Shown one piece after another: positions 6,858-13,344 of a stretch of DNA of 13,344 nt (within the stretch, counting starts at the first letter, position 1; each line of letters starts with the position of its first letter). The stretch comes from an uncultured archaeon (lineage in GTDB: Archaea; Iainarchaeota; Iainarchaeia; Iainarchaeales; Iainarchaeaceae), in NCBI GenBank assembly GCA_964577555.1, contig CAZNZM010000001.1, positions 157,942-171,285 of the forward strand, given 5' to 3'. The notes below the pieces were generated by a model. It was not told the DNA's origin and did no database searches. It worked only from the letters and a program-made list of their open reading frames with translations. Made by a program: the position numbers and the translations under genes.

Positions 6858-7544
6858 TTGAACTTTCTTTTTGTTAATTTTAAAACTTATGCTGATTCTA
6901 CTGGTTCTAAAGCTCTTGGTCTTGCAAAGTTGTTGGCTACTTTTCAGAGTGGGGAAGTCGATATTATTCCAGTTGTTCAAGTTGTTGATTTAAGGGAAAT
7001 AGCTAGTAATGTTCCGCTTAAGGTTTTTGCTCAGCACGTTGATCCTATTTCTTATGGCGCTCATACTGGGCATGTTCTTCCAGAGGCTCTTGTTGAGGCA
7101 GGCGCTTTTGGTGTAGTGGTAAATCATGCTGAAAACAAGCGTGGTGATGATTTTGTTGAAAGAGTTGTTGGTAGATGTCATGATGTTGGTCTTAAGGTAA
7201 TGGTTTGTGCTGAGTCTATTGATAGGGCCAGGGTTCTTGCAAGGTTTTCTCCGGATTTTTTGGCTGTAGAACCTCCTGAATTGATTGGTGGTAGTGTTAG
7301 TGTTAGTACTGCAAAGCCTGAATTGATTTCTGATTGTGTGAAGTTGATTCGCGAGGTAGATCCAAAAGTAAAGGTTATAACTGGTGCAGGTATTAAGGAT
7401 TCTGCTGATGTTTCTAAAGCTATTGAATTGGGTACTTCAGGTGTTTTTGTTGCTTCTGGCGTGGTTTGTGCTAAGGATAAGGAGTATGCTTTGAGGCGGT
7501 TGTTGTCAGGTTTTCCTGTGAAGTTTGGTCGTGTAATGCCTTGA
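6858..7544 (+). CDS. tpiA: Triosephosphate isomerase, archaeal short type
   Basis: 228 aa. 'VNFKTY' (catalytic Lys region), 'VVNHAENK' (His region) and 'AVEPPELIGG' (catalytic Glu in the archaeal EPPELIG context rather than bacterial YEPVWAIGTG). TTG start at 6858 gives an N-terminus (MNFLFVNFKTY) that matches archaeal TIMs. Confidence 0.85.
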   Translation: MNFLFVNFKTYADSTGSKALGLAKLLATFQSGEVDIIPVVQVVDLREIASNVPLKVFAQHVDPISYGAHTGHVLPEALVEAGAFGVVVNHAENKRGDDFVERVVGRCHDVGLKVMVCAESIDRARVLARFSPDFLAVEPPELIGGSVSVSTAKPELISDCVKLIREVDPKVKVITGAGIKDSADVSKAIELGTSGVFVASGVVCAKDKEYALRRLLSGFPVKFGRVMP

Positions 7545-7551
7545 TTTTTTT
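7545..7551 (+). terminator. T7 tract immediately after the tpiA stop codon
   Basis: TGA (7542-7544) is followed directly by ttttttt. Further T-runs follow. Confidence 0.4.
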
Positions 7552-7650
7552 GTGAGCCAATTTTTTCTTATTTTTTTGATTGTTTTTTTTGTTTTTGTGA
7601 GCCGTTTTTTTGTCAATTTTTATTTTTTTTTAGTTTAAAATTTGTTTTTT
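7545..7650. repeat. Same repeat family, two core copies (GTGAGCC at 7552-7558 and 7597-7603)
   Basis: 7604-7631 'gtttttttgtcaatttttattttttttt' is nearly identical to 13002-13029 'gttttttttgtcaatttttatttttttt', with a 19-nt exact core GTCAATTTTTATTTTTTTT. Confidence 0.65.
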
Positions 7651-7710
7651 TTTGATTAGTTGGCTTTTTTGTGTATTCATTTTTGGCTTGCTACAATTTG
7701 CTTTTTTTTG

Positions 7711-8115
7711 TTAAATTGTTATTTTTGTTTCTGTTTTTTTGTTTTTATTTTTTAAGTATTCTATAATTCCTGTTTTTAGTATTGTTAGTCCAAGTAAGGC
7801 GCATTTTTGTCTTGTTTGTATGATGTTTCCTAGTTTTTCAAAAAGATTTTCAGGTGTTATTTGCATTACTTCTTCGATCTTTTTTTCTTTTGCCATTTCA
7901 GTAAGAATTGCAGCTGATGCTGTGCTTATGGCGCAGCCTTTTGATTGGAATTTGATTTCTTCAATTTTTTGGTTTTTTGTTTTAATGTATATTATTATTT
8001 GGTCTCCACATGTTGGATTTCCTCCGCTTGCTGTTATGTCAGAGTTGTCTATTTTTCCTTTGTTAGGCGGGTTTTTGTAGAGTTCAATTATTGTTTCTGA
8101 GAACAGTTCTGTCAT
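7711..8115 (-). CDS. sufU: Fe-S cluster scaffold / sulfur acceptor, SufU/IscU family
   Basis: 'GGNPTCGD', 'KGCAISTAS' and 'RQKCALLGL' supply three conserved Cys plus the CGD Asp. ATG at 8115 is preferred: it lies 1 nt after the sufS TAA and has GGTG 8 nt upstream. The ORF track extends to a GTG at 8124. Confidence 0.8.
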   Translation of the reverse strand: MTELFSETIIELYKNPPNKGKIDNSDITASGGNPTCGDQIIIYIKTKNQKIEEIKFQSKGCAISTASAAILTEMAKEKKIEEVMQITPENLFEKLGNIIQTRQKCALLGLTILKTGIIEYLKNKNKKTETKITI

Positions 8116-8116
8116 T

Positions 8117-9331
8117 TTAAACACCGAAAATTTTTTTGGTTTCTTCTATGCCTTCTGCTAGCGCGTCAATGTCTTTTGTAGTATTATAAATGTAAAATGA
8201 GGCTCTTGCTATTGCTTCTGTTCCTATTTCGTTTAGGAGTGGTTGTGCGCAGTGGTTTCCTGTTCTTATTGCAATTCCTTTGTTGTCAAGTATTGTTGCA
8301 ATATCGTGTGGGTGTATGTTGTCTAGGTTAAAGGATATTATGCCTGTTTTTTGTCCTTTTGGGATGTAGGTTTTGATTCCTTTTATTTCATTTATTCTTT
8401 TTGTTGAGTATTTTATTAGTTTTTTTTCGTGTTCTGCAATGTTTTCCATGTTTATTTTTTTTAGGTAGTCCATTGCTTTTGAAAAGCCTATTGCTCCTCC
8501 TACGTTTGGTGTTCCAGCTTCGTATTTCCATGGCAATTTGTTCCATTCTGATTTTTGAAGTGTTACTGTTGTAATCATGTCGCCCCCTGTAAGGAATGGA
8601 GGTAGTTTTTCTAAATGTTCTTTTTTTCCATATAGGACTCCTATTCCCATTGGGCCAAGCATTTTGTGTGCTGAAAATGCGAGGAAGTCTAAGTCTGTTT
8701 TTTTTGCGTTTATTTCAATATGTGGAATAGCTTGTGCTCCGTCTGCAATTGTAAGTATTCCTTTTTCTTTTGCTATTTTGCATATTTCTTTTGCTGGTGT
8801 TATTGTTCCCAATATGTTTGATGCCATTGTGAAAGCTATTATTTTGGTTTTTTTGTTTATTTTTTTTTCAAGGTCGTTTAGGTCTATTGTAAGTTCTTTT
8901 GTAATGTTTGCGTAGTTTAGTTTTATTTTTTTTCTTTTTGCTAATTGTTGCCACGGAACTATATTGGCGTGGTGTTCCATTTTTGTTAGTAATATTTCAT
9001 CTCCTCTTTTTAATTTGCTTTCTAATACGTATGATAATAGGTTCAGGCTTTCGGTAGCGTTTTTTGTGAATATTACTTCTTGCATGTCTCTTGCTCTTAT
9101 GAATTTTGCAGTTTTTTCATGTGCTTCTTCGTACATTTCTGTGGCTTTTTGGCTTAGAAAATTCATTCCCCTGTGTATGTTGGAGTTTGTTTCTTCGTAG
9201 AATTTTTTTTCCGCTTGGATTACTTCTAATGGTTTTTGAGTTGTTGCTGCGTTGTCTAAGTAAATTATTTTTTTTCCGTTTATTTTTTTTGAAAAAATAG
9301 GAAAATCTTTTTTGATTTTTTCAGGGTTCAT
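8117..9331 (-). CDS. sufS: Cysteine desulfurase, group II (SufS-type, PLP-dependent)
   Basis: 'FSAHKMLGPMGIGVLYG' (PLP Lys) and 'RTGNHCAQPL' (catalytic Cys loop; canonical RxGHHCAQP). 404 aa. Position between sufD and sufU. Confidence 0.9.
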   Translation of the reverse strand: MNPEKIKKDFPIFSKKINGKKIIYLDNAATTQKPLEVIQAEKKFYEETNSNIHRGMNFLSQKATEMYEEAHEKTAKFIRARDMQEVIFTKNATESLNLLSYVLESKLKRGDEILLTKMEHHANIVPWQQLAKRKKIKLNYANITKELTIDLNDLEKKINKKTKIIAFTMASNILGTITPAKEICKIAKEKGILTIADGAQAIPHIEINAKKTDLDFLAFSAHKMLGPMGIGVLYGKKEHLEKLPPFLTGGDMITTVTLQKSEWNKLPWKYEAGTPNVGGAIGFSKAMDYLKKINMENIAEHEKKLIKYSTKRINEIKGIKTYIPKGQKTGIISFNLDNIHPHDIATILDNKGIAIRTGNHCAQPLLNEIGTEAIARASFYIYNTTKDIDALAEGIEETKKIFGV

Positions 9332-9333
9332 GT

Positions 9334-10395
9334 TCAGAGCCTTTTTTCTATTTCTTCTTCTAGTTCTTGTTTTATACTGTCAGCCAGTTCAAAGATAATG
9401 CTTTCGAGGAAGCTTTTTACTATTATTTTTTTTGCTTGTTCTTTTTCTATGCCTCTTGATTGTAAATAAAATAATTCTTCTTCTGATATATGCGCTATTG
9501 TTGCTGAGTGGGTTGCTTTTACGTCATCTGTTTTTATTTCAAGGCTTGGTATTTGGTTGTTTGTTGCTTGTTCACCTAACAGCATTCCGTGGCATTCCAA
9601 TAGTGCGTTTGTTTTTTCTGCTTTTTCTTCTATTTTTATCATTCCTTCAAAAGTGTTTTTGCTTTGGTCTTTCATTGCGGATTTGAAAATGCAGTGGCTT
9701 TTTGTGTTTTTTCCTCTGTGTATTGCTGAATAGTTTATGTTGAAGTTTTGGTTTTTTGTTCCTATTAGAAAGCTGTAGTCTTTGCTTTCTGAACCGTCTC
9801 CGTGCATTATTATTTGGGTGTTTGAATATGTTGTTGTTCCTTGGCTCCACGAGTCTGATTTGATTAGTTTTGAGTCTTTGCCTAGTATGAATTGCCTGTG
9901 TATGATTATTTCACCTTGCGGTTTTGTTTTTCTCGCATAGTTTACTATTGAATTTTCTCCTATTATGAACGTTTCAGAAAGTATTGATTCTTTTTCTGCA
10001 ACGTGTTCTTCAATTATTGTTATTTCGCAATTTTTTGGGACTATTATTATTGCTTTTGAAGTTGTTTTTTCTTTTGAAATTATTTTTATATTGGTTTTTT
10101 TTCTGTTTGTTGATTCTTTTATTATTATTGCTGTTGCTTTTTCTATTGCAGAGTTTCCTTTTGCTTGGTATTGGTCTTTTGGAGGTTCTTCTAAGCTTAT
10201 TGTTTGAATTAATTGGTTGTCTTCTGCTTGGTCTTTAATTGTTGCATCTTTTTTGTTTATTTTTATCTCTGGTTTTTCTATTTTGGCTTTTTGGATTATT
10301 TCGTCCAGTTTTGTTGTGCTTATATATTTGCTTTTTTTTAATGGTTTTTGTATAAGTATTTCAAGGTTTTTTTTCAAGTATTGGATTTTGTCCAT
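9334..10395 (-). CDS. sufD: Fe-S cluster assembly protein SufD (short, divergent N-terminus)
   Basis: C-terminal 'VKATHSATIAHISEEELFYLQSRGIEKEQAKKIIVKSF' is the SufB/D family signature. Its ATG overlaps the sufB stop by 1 nt (TAATG). 353 aa, with a K/I/E-rich poorly conserved N-terminal part. Confidence 0.8.
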   Translation of the reverse strand: MDKIQYLKKNLEILIQKPLKKSKYISTTKLDEIIQKAKIEKPEIKINKKDATIKDQAEDNQLIQTISLEEPPKDQYQAKGNSAIEKATAIIIKESTNRKKTNIKIISKEKTTSKAIIIVPKNCEITIIEEHVAEKESILSETFIIGENSIVNYARKTKPQGEIIIHRQFILGKDSKLIKSDSWSQGTTTYSNTQIIMHGDGSESKDYSFLIGTKNQNFNINYSAIHRGKNTKSHCIFKSAMKDQSKNTFEGMIKIEEKAEKTNALLECHGMLLGEQATNNQIPSLEIKTDDVKATHSATIAHISEEELFYLQSRGIEKEQAKKIIVKSFLESIIFELADSIKQELEEEIEKRL

Positions 10396-11810
10396 TATCC
10401 CACCGAGTTTTCCATTTCCATTTCTATTAGCCTGTTTAGTTCTACCGCGTATTCAAGTGGAAGTGTTTTTGCAAATGGCTGTATAAAACCCATTACTATC
10501 ATTGTTATTGCTTCAGTTTCGCTTAAGCCTCTTGTCATTAAGTAGAATATTTCTTCTTCTCCTATTTTTCCTACTCTTGCTTCGTGTGCTATCGTGGCTG
10601 TTGGTTCATCTATTTCGATGTATGGGTATGTGTCTGTTCTGGATTTGTTGTCAAGTATTAGTGCATCGCAATTTACATTGCTTTTTACTCCTTTGCATCC
10701 TTTTACTACTTTAAGTAGTCCTCGGTAGCTTGTTCTTCCACCGTCTTTGCTTATGCTTTTGCTTGTTATTCTGCTTGTGGTGTTTGGTGCTAAGTGTATT
10801 ATTTTTGCTCCTGCGTCTTGGTGTTGTCCTTTTCCGGCTAGTGCTATTGATAATACTTCTCCTTTGGCTCCTTCTCCCATTAAGTATATTGCAGGATATT
10901 TTTGTGTTACTTTGCTTCCTAGGTTGCCGTCTACCCATTCAATTATTGCATTTTTGTATGCAAATGCTCTTTTTGTCACTAGGTTGTAGATGTTGTTTGC
11001 CCAATTTTGTATTGTAGTGTATCTTATAGTGGCATTTTCTTTTGCTATTACTTCTACTACTGCAGCGTGGAGCGATTGTGTTGAAAATCTTGGGGCTGTG
11101 CATCCTTCTATGTAATGTACTTGGCTTCCTTCTTCTGCGATTATCAGCGTTCTTTCGAATTGTCCGAAGCTTTCTGCGTTTATTCTGAAATAGGCTTGAA
11201 GCGGTATTTCTACTTTGACATTTTTTGGTACGTATACGAATGAGCCGCCTGACCATACTGCTGTGTTTAGTGCTGCAAATTTGTTGTCGTTTAGTGGCAC
11301 TACTTTTCCGAAATGTTCTTTTACTATTTCAGGGTATTTTTTTAGCCCTTCGTCCATTGACAGGAATATAACTCCTTGTTTTTCAAGGTCTTTTCTTATG
11401 TTGTGGTACATTACTTCTGAGTCGTATTGTGCGCCAACCCCTGCAAGTATTTTTCTTTCCGCTTCAGGTATTCCTAGCCTTTCAAATGTTTCTTTTACTT
11501 CTTTTGGGACGTCTTCCCATTTTTTTTTGTTTGCATCTGATGCTTTCATATAATATATTATTTCGTCAAAATCAATGTCGTTTAGATTCGCTCCCCATTC
11601 TGGCATCGGCTTTTCCATAAATGATTTTAAGGCTTTTAGTCTTATGTCAAGCATCCATTTTGGCTCTTTTTTTATTTCGGATATTTTTCTTACTGTTTCT
11701 TCGTTGAGTCCTTTTTTGAATATTACTTCGTAATTTTTTGTTCCATAGTTGAAATCGTATTTTTGGTATTCTATCGTTGCTATTTTTTTTTCTTTTGTTC
11801 TTGTGTCCAT
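10395..11810 (-). CDS. sufB: Fe-S cluster assembly scaffold SufB
   Basis: '[23 protein letters not shown]', '[26 protein letters not shown]'. 471 aa. AGGTGA SD-like motif upstream of the ATG. Confidence 0.92.
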   Translation of the reverse strand: MDTRTKEKKIATIEYQKYDFNYGTKNYEVIFKKGLNEETVRKISEIKKEPKWMLDIRLKALKSFMEKPMPEWGANLNDIDFDEIIYYMKASDANKKKWEDVPKEVKETFERLGIPEAERKILAGVGAQYDSEVMYHNIRKDLEKQGVIFLSMDEGLKKYPEIVKEHFGKVVPLNDNKFAALNTAVWSGGSFVYVPKNVKVEIPLQAYFRINAESFGQFERTLIIAEEGSQVHYIEGCTAPRFSTQSLHAAVVEVIAKENATIRYTTIQNWANNIYNLVTKRAFAYKNAIIEWVDGNLGSKVTQKYPAIYLMGEGAKGEVLSIALAGKGQHQDAGAKIIHLAPNTTSRITSKSISKDGGRTSYRGLLKVVKGCKGVKSNVNCDALILDNKSRTDTYPYIEIDEPTATIAHEARVGKIGEEEIFYLMTRGLSETEAITMIVMGFIQPFAKTLPLEYAVELNRLIEMEMENSVG

Positions 11811-11812
11811 TT

Positions 11813-12574
11813 TTATTCACCTTGTATTTTTAGTGGTTGGATTATTCCAGAGTATCCTTTTTCTTCAAGTTCGTCTGCTAGTTCTATTCCGCCAGATTTT
11901 ATTATTTTTCCGTGTGACATTATGTGGACTTTGTCTGGTTTCAGGTGGTTGAGTATTCTTTTATAGTGTGTTATGATTATTGCTCCAAATTCTGGGCTTC
12001 GCATTTTTTGTATTGATTGTGCCACTAATTTGAGTGAGTCTATGTCTAATCCTGAGTCTGTTTCGTCGAGTATTGCTATTTTTGGTTTTAATATAATTAG
12101 TTGCAGTATTTCTGCTCTTTTTTTTTCTCCTCCTGAGAATCCTACGTTTAGTTCCCTTTCGATAAAGTCGTCTTTCATTTCAAGTATTTTTGCCGCTTCT
12201 TTTATTTTTTCTCTGAATTTTATGATTGTGTCTGTTGAGAGTGGATTTTGTGCTTTATAGGCTGCATATAAAAATTTTGAGAATGTTAGTCCAGGTATTT
12301 CAAATGGGTATTGGAATGACATGAATAATCCTAATTTTGCCCTTTCATTCGGTTGCAGTTCGTTAATTTTTTTTCCGTTAAAAATTATTTCTCCTGAGTA
12401 TATTGTGTATTTTGGGTTTCCCATTATTATGTTGGCTAGTGTGCTTTTTCCGGTGCCGTTTGGACCCATTATTGCGTGTATTTCTCCTGTTTTTGTTGTC
12501 AGGTTCATTCCTTTGATTATTTCTTTTCCTTCTATTCCTGCGTGGAGGTTTTTTATTTCAAGTGTGTGTGTCAT
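11813..12574 (-). CDS. sufC: Fe-S cluster assembly ATPase SufC (ABC-type)
   Basis: Walker A 'GPNGTGKST', ABC signature 'FSGGEKKR', Walker B '[12 protein letters not shown]', H-loop 'IIITHY'. 253 aa. Confidence 0.92.
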   Translation of the reverse strand: MTHTLEIKNLHAGIEGKEIIKGMNLTTKTGEIHAIMGPNGTGKSTLANIIMGNPKYTIYSGEIIFNGKKINELQPNERAKLGLFMSFQYPFEIPGLTFSKFLYAAYKAQNPLSTDTIIKFREKIKEAAKILEMKDDFIERELNVGFSGGEKKRAEILQLIILKPKIAILDETDSGLDIDSLKLVAQSIQKMRSPEFGAIIITHYKRILNHLKPDKVHIMSHGKIIKSGGIELADELEEKGYSGIIQPLKIQGE

Positions 12575-12921
12575 ATTCGTGCCTCTGTGATTTTCATTCC
12601 TGCTTTTGAAAGCATTTCGCTGGAAGCGTCAAATTCTTTGCAAACAAAGCATAGTTTGTTTATTCCTTTTTCTGATTGCATTATCATGTCTGCCATTTGT
12701 TTTATTTTTTGTATGTCTTTTTGGTTGAATTTGTAGTTGCCTCCTCTTTTGTGCTTTATGTATTGGCATACTGCCGCTTCTGTAATTCCGAGTTTTTTTG
12801 CTATTGTTTTTCTTGGTATTTTTTTTTCAATAGCTAGGTATTTTGCTATTTCTCTTCTTACTGCTGGCATTACTTGCCAGCTTACTATTTCGCATGGGAA
12901 TACTATGCCCAATTCAACCAC
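12571..12921 (-). CDS. Small helix-turn-helix transcriptional regulator with four Cys; first gene of the suf operon
   Basis: 116 aa with a GTG start. 'PRKTIAKKLGITEAAVCQYIKHKRG' is an XRE/sigma-like HTH. 'PCEIVSWQVMPAVRREIA' is the N-terminal motif I associate with small archaeal HTH proteins (family assignment unverified). Cys at about aa 10, 52, 91 and 94 (CFVC). Its stop overlaps the sufC ATG (ATGA). Confidence 0.7.
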   Translation of the reverse strand: MVELGIVFPCEIVSWQVMPAVRREIAKYLAIEKKIPRKTIAKKLGITEAAVCQYIKHKRGGNYKFNQKDIQKIKQMADMIMQSEKGINKLCFVCKEFDASSEMLSKAGMKITEARI

Positions 12922-12923
12922 CT

Positions 12924-12939
12924 ATTAACATGCGTTAAT
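12924..12939. promoter_or_regulatory. Perfect inverted repeat ATTAAC-N4-GTTAAT; candidate operator of the suf regulator
   Basis: 'attaac atgc gttaat' has 6-bp arms and a 4-bp spacer. It lies between the TATA-like box and the start codon, 3-18 nt upstream of the GTG. Confidence 0.4.
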
Positions 12940-12944
12940 GAGTG

Positions 12945-12952
12945 TTTTTATT
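12945..12952 (-). promoter_or_regulatory. TATA-box-like element for the suf operon
   Basis: The - strand reads AATAAAAA, centred about 27 nt upstream of the GTG start at 12921. This is consistent with a leaderless transcript. Confidence 0.35.
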
Positions 12953-13148
12953 CTTTCTGGTTCGTTTTTGAAGTCATTTTTTTAGTCTAATTTTTGGAGC
13001 TGTTTTTTTTGTCAATTTTTATTTTTTTTAATTTGTTTTTTGAAGGATTTTTTTGTTTTTTGTATGTTGTTTTTTTTAATTTGAAAATTGTTTTTTTTGT
13101 GGGCTTTTTTTTAGACAATTTTTGTTTTTTTTTTGGTTTGAAGTTTTG

Positions 13149-13203
13149 TTTTTTTTGGCGAGCCGTTTTTTTGTCATTTTTCTTTTTTTTTTGAATTCTT
13201 TTT
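13149..13203. repeat. Exact 55-bp direct repeat, copy A
   Basis: 'ttttttttggcgagccgtttttttgtcatttttctttttttttttgaattcttttt' is identical to 13290-13344. The offset is 141 bp (47 codons). Confidence 0.9.
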
Positions 13204-13289
13204 TTTTGTCAAGTTGTTTTTTTGTTGTTTGTTTTTTGAGTTGTTTTTTTATTTTTTTCATTTTTTTGCAAGTCGTTTTTTTTGTTTGT

Positions 13290-13344
13290 TTTTTTTTGGC
13301 GAGCCGTTTTTTTGTCATTTTTCTTTTTTTTTTGAATTCTTTTT
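13290..13344. repeat. Exact 55-bp direct repeat, copy B (truncated by the window end)
   Basis: Identical to 13149-13203. Identity may continue beyond the window. Confidence 0.9.

Larger units (their letters stand above)
12990..13344. repeat. Tandem array of the same repeat family, reaching the window edge
   Basis: Cores at 12996-13002 (ggagctg), about 13099-13105 (gtgggct, degenerate), 13157-13164 and 13298-13305 (ggcgagcc). 'caagtYg' unit starts at 13210 and 13269. Confidence 0.7.
13076..13344 (-). other. Candidate lysine-rich repeat ORF (5' end open at the window edge), or alternatively a non-coding repeat array
   Basis: The tracked 80-aa ORF is MTKKRLAKKKQTKK...KEFKKKRKMTKKRLAKK.... There is no in-frame stop between its ATG (13318) and the window end; the upstream codons read KEFKKKRK again. 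About half the residues are Lys. The T-poor - strand yields such ORFs by chance, so coding status is unproven. Confidence 0.25.

Noticed and set aside
6759-6980. 73-aa - strand ORF spanning the RSH/tpiA divergent spacer
   Set aside because: It overlaps the tpiA N-terminus antisense and the promoter region. It is basic and low-complexity with no start context.
13192-13197. GAATTC palindrome (also at 13333-13338) and the GGCGAGCC core as possible hairpins
   Set aside because: The stems are too short (3 bp or less of effective pairing) to form stable structures. GAATTC is simply part of the duplicated unit.
12990-13344. Possible CRISPR array (repeated units in a spacer)
   Set aside because: The units are degenerate, spacing is irregular (about 59-141 bp), there are no unique spacers of uniform length, no cas genes, and the same motifs are dispersed singly elsewhere.
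1-13344. Mobile element or genomic island bounded by the similar repeat units at both edges
   Set aside because: The flanking units are direct rather than inverted. Additional copies lie inside the block. There is no integrase, transposase or tRNA target, and the cargo is housekeeping (suf, tpiA, GGPP synthase).

Overview
AT-rich window with strong strand asymmetry: the + strand is T-rich whichever way the genes point. The organism looks archaeal, probably a small-genome DPANN-like lineage. This is an inference from four observations: an archaeal-type short triosephosphate isomerase, a single-domain KaiC-like ATPase, TATA-like boxes about 25-30 nt upstream of the first gene of each unit with no Shine-Dalgarno (SD), and GGTG-type SD motifs only before internal operon genes. 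Eleven CDS are supported. On the + strand: a 735-aa signal-peptide/Fn3/Ig-like surface protein with a C-terminal anchor, a type-III-like geranylgeranyl-diphosphate synthase, and tpiA. On the - strand: a KaiC/RecA-superfamily ATPase, a 617-aa long RelA/SpoT homologue, and a tightly coupled six-gene operon (small Cys-containing HTH regulator, then sufC-sufB-sufD-sufS-sufU). No tRNA, rRNA, CRISPR array, transposase or integrase was seen. Four things merit a second look. (1) The RSH is RelA-like, with a degenerate hydrolase site, an EFDD motif and a full TGS/zinc-finger/ACT C-terminus, which is unexpected in an archaeal context. (2) A co-oriented, degenerate T-rich repeat family (core T-run/GYGAGCCR/T-run/GTCA) fills four spacers and both window edges. 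At the right edge it includes an exact 55-bp duplication with a 141-bp (47-codon) period, which on the - strand reads as a lysine-rich ORF running off the window. (3) The T>A skew is strong enough to bias amino-acid composition by coding strand and to generate many shadow ORFs. (4) A perfect inverted repeat lies between a TATA-like box and the GTG start of the suf regulator. All domain calls come from motif reading by eye; no searches were run.
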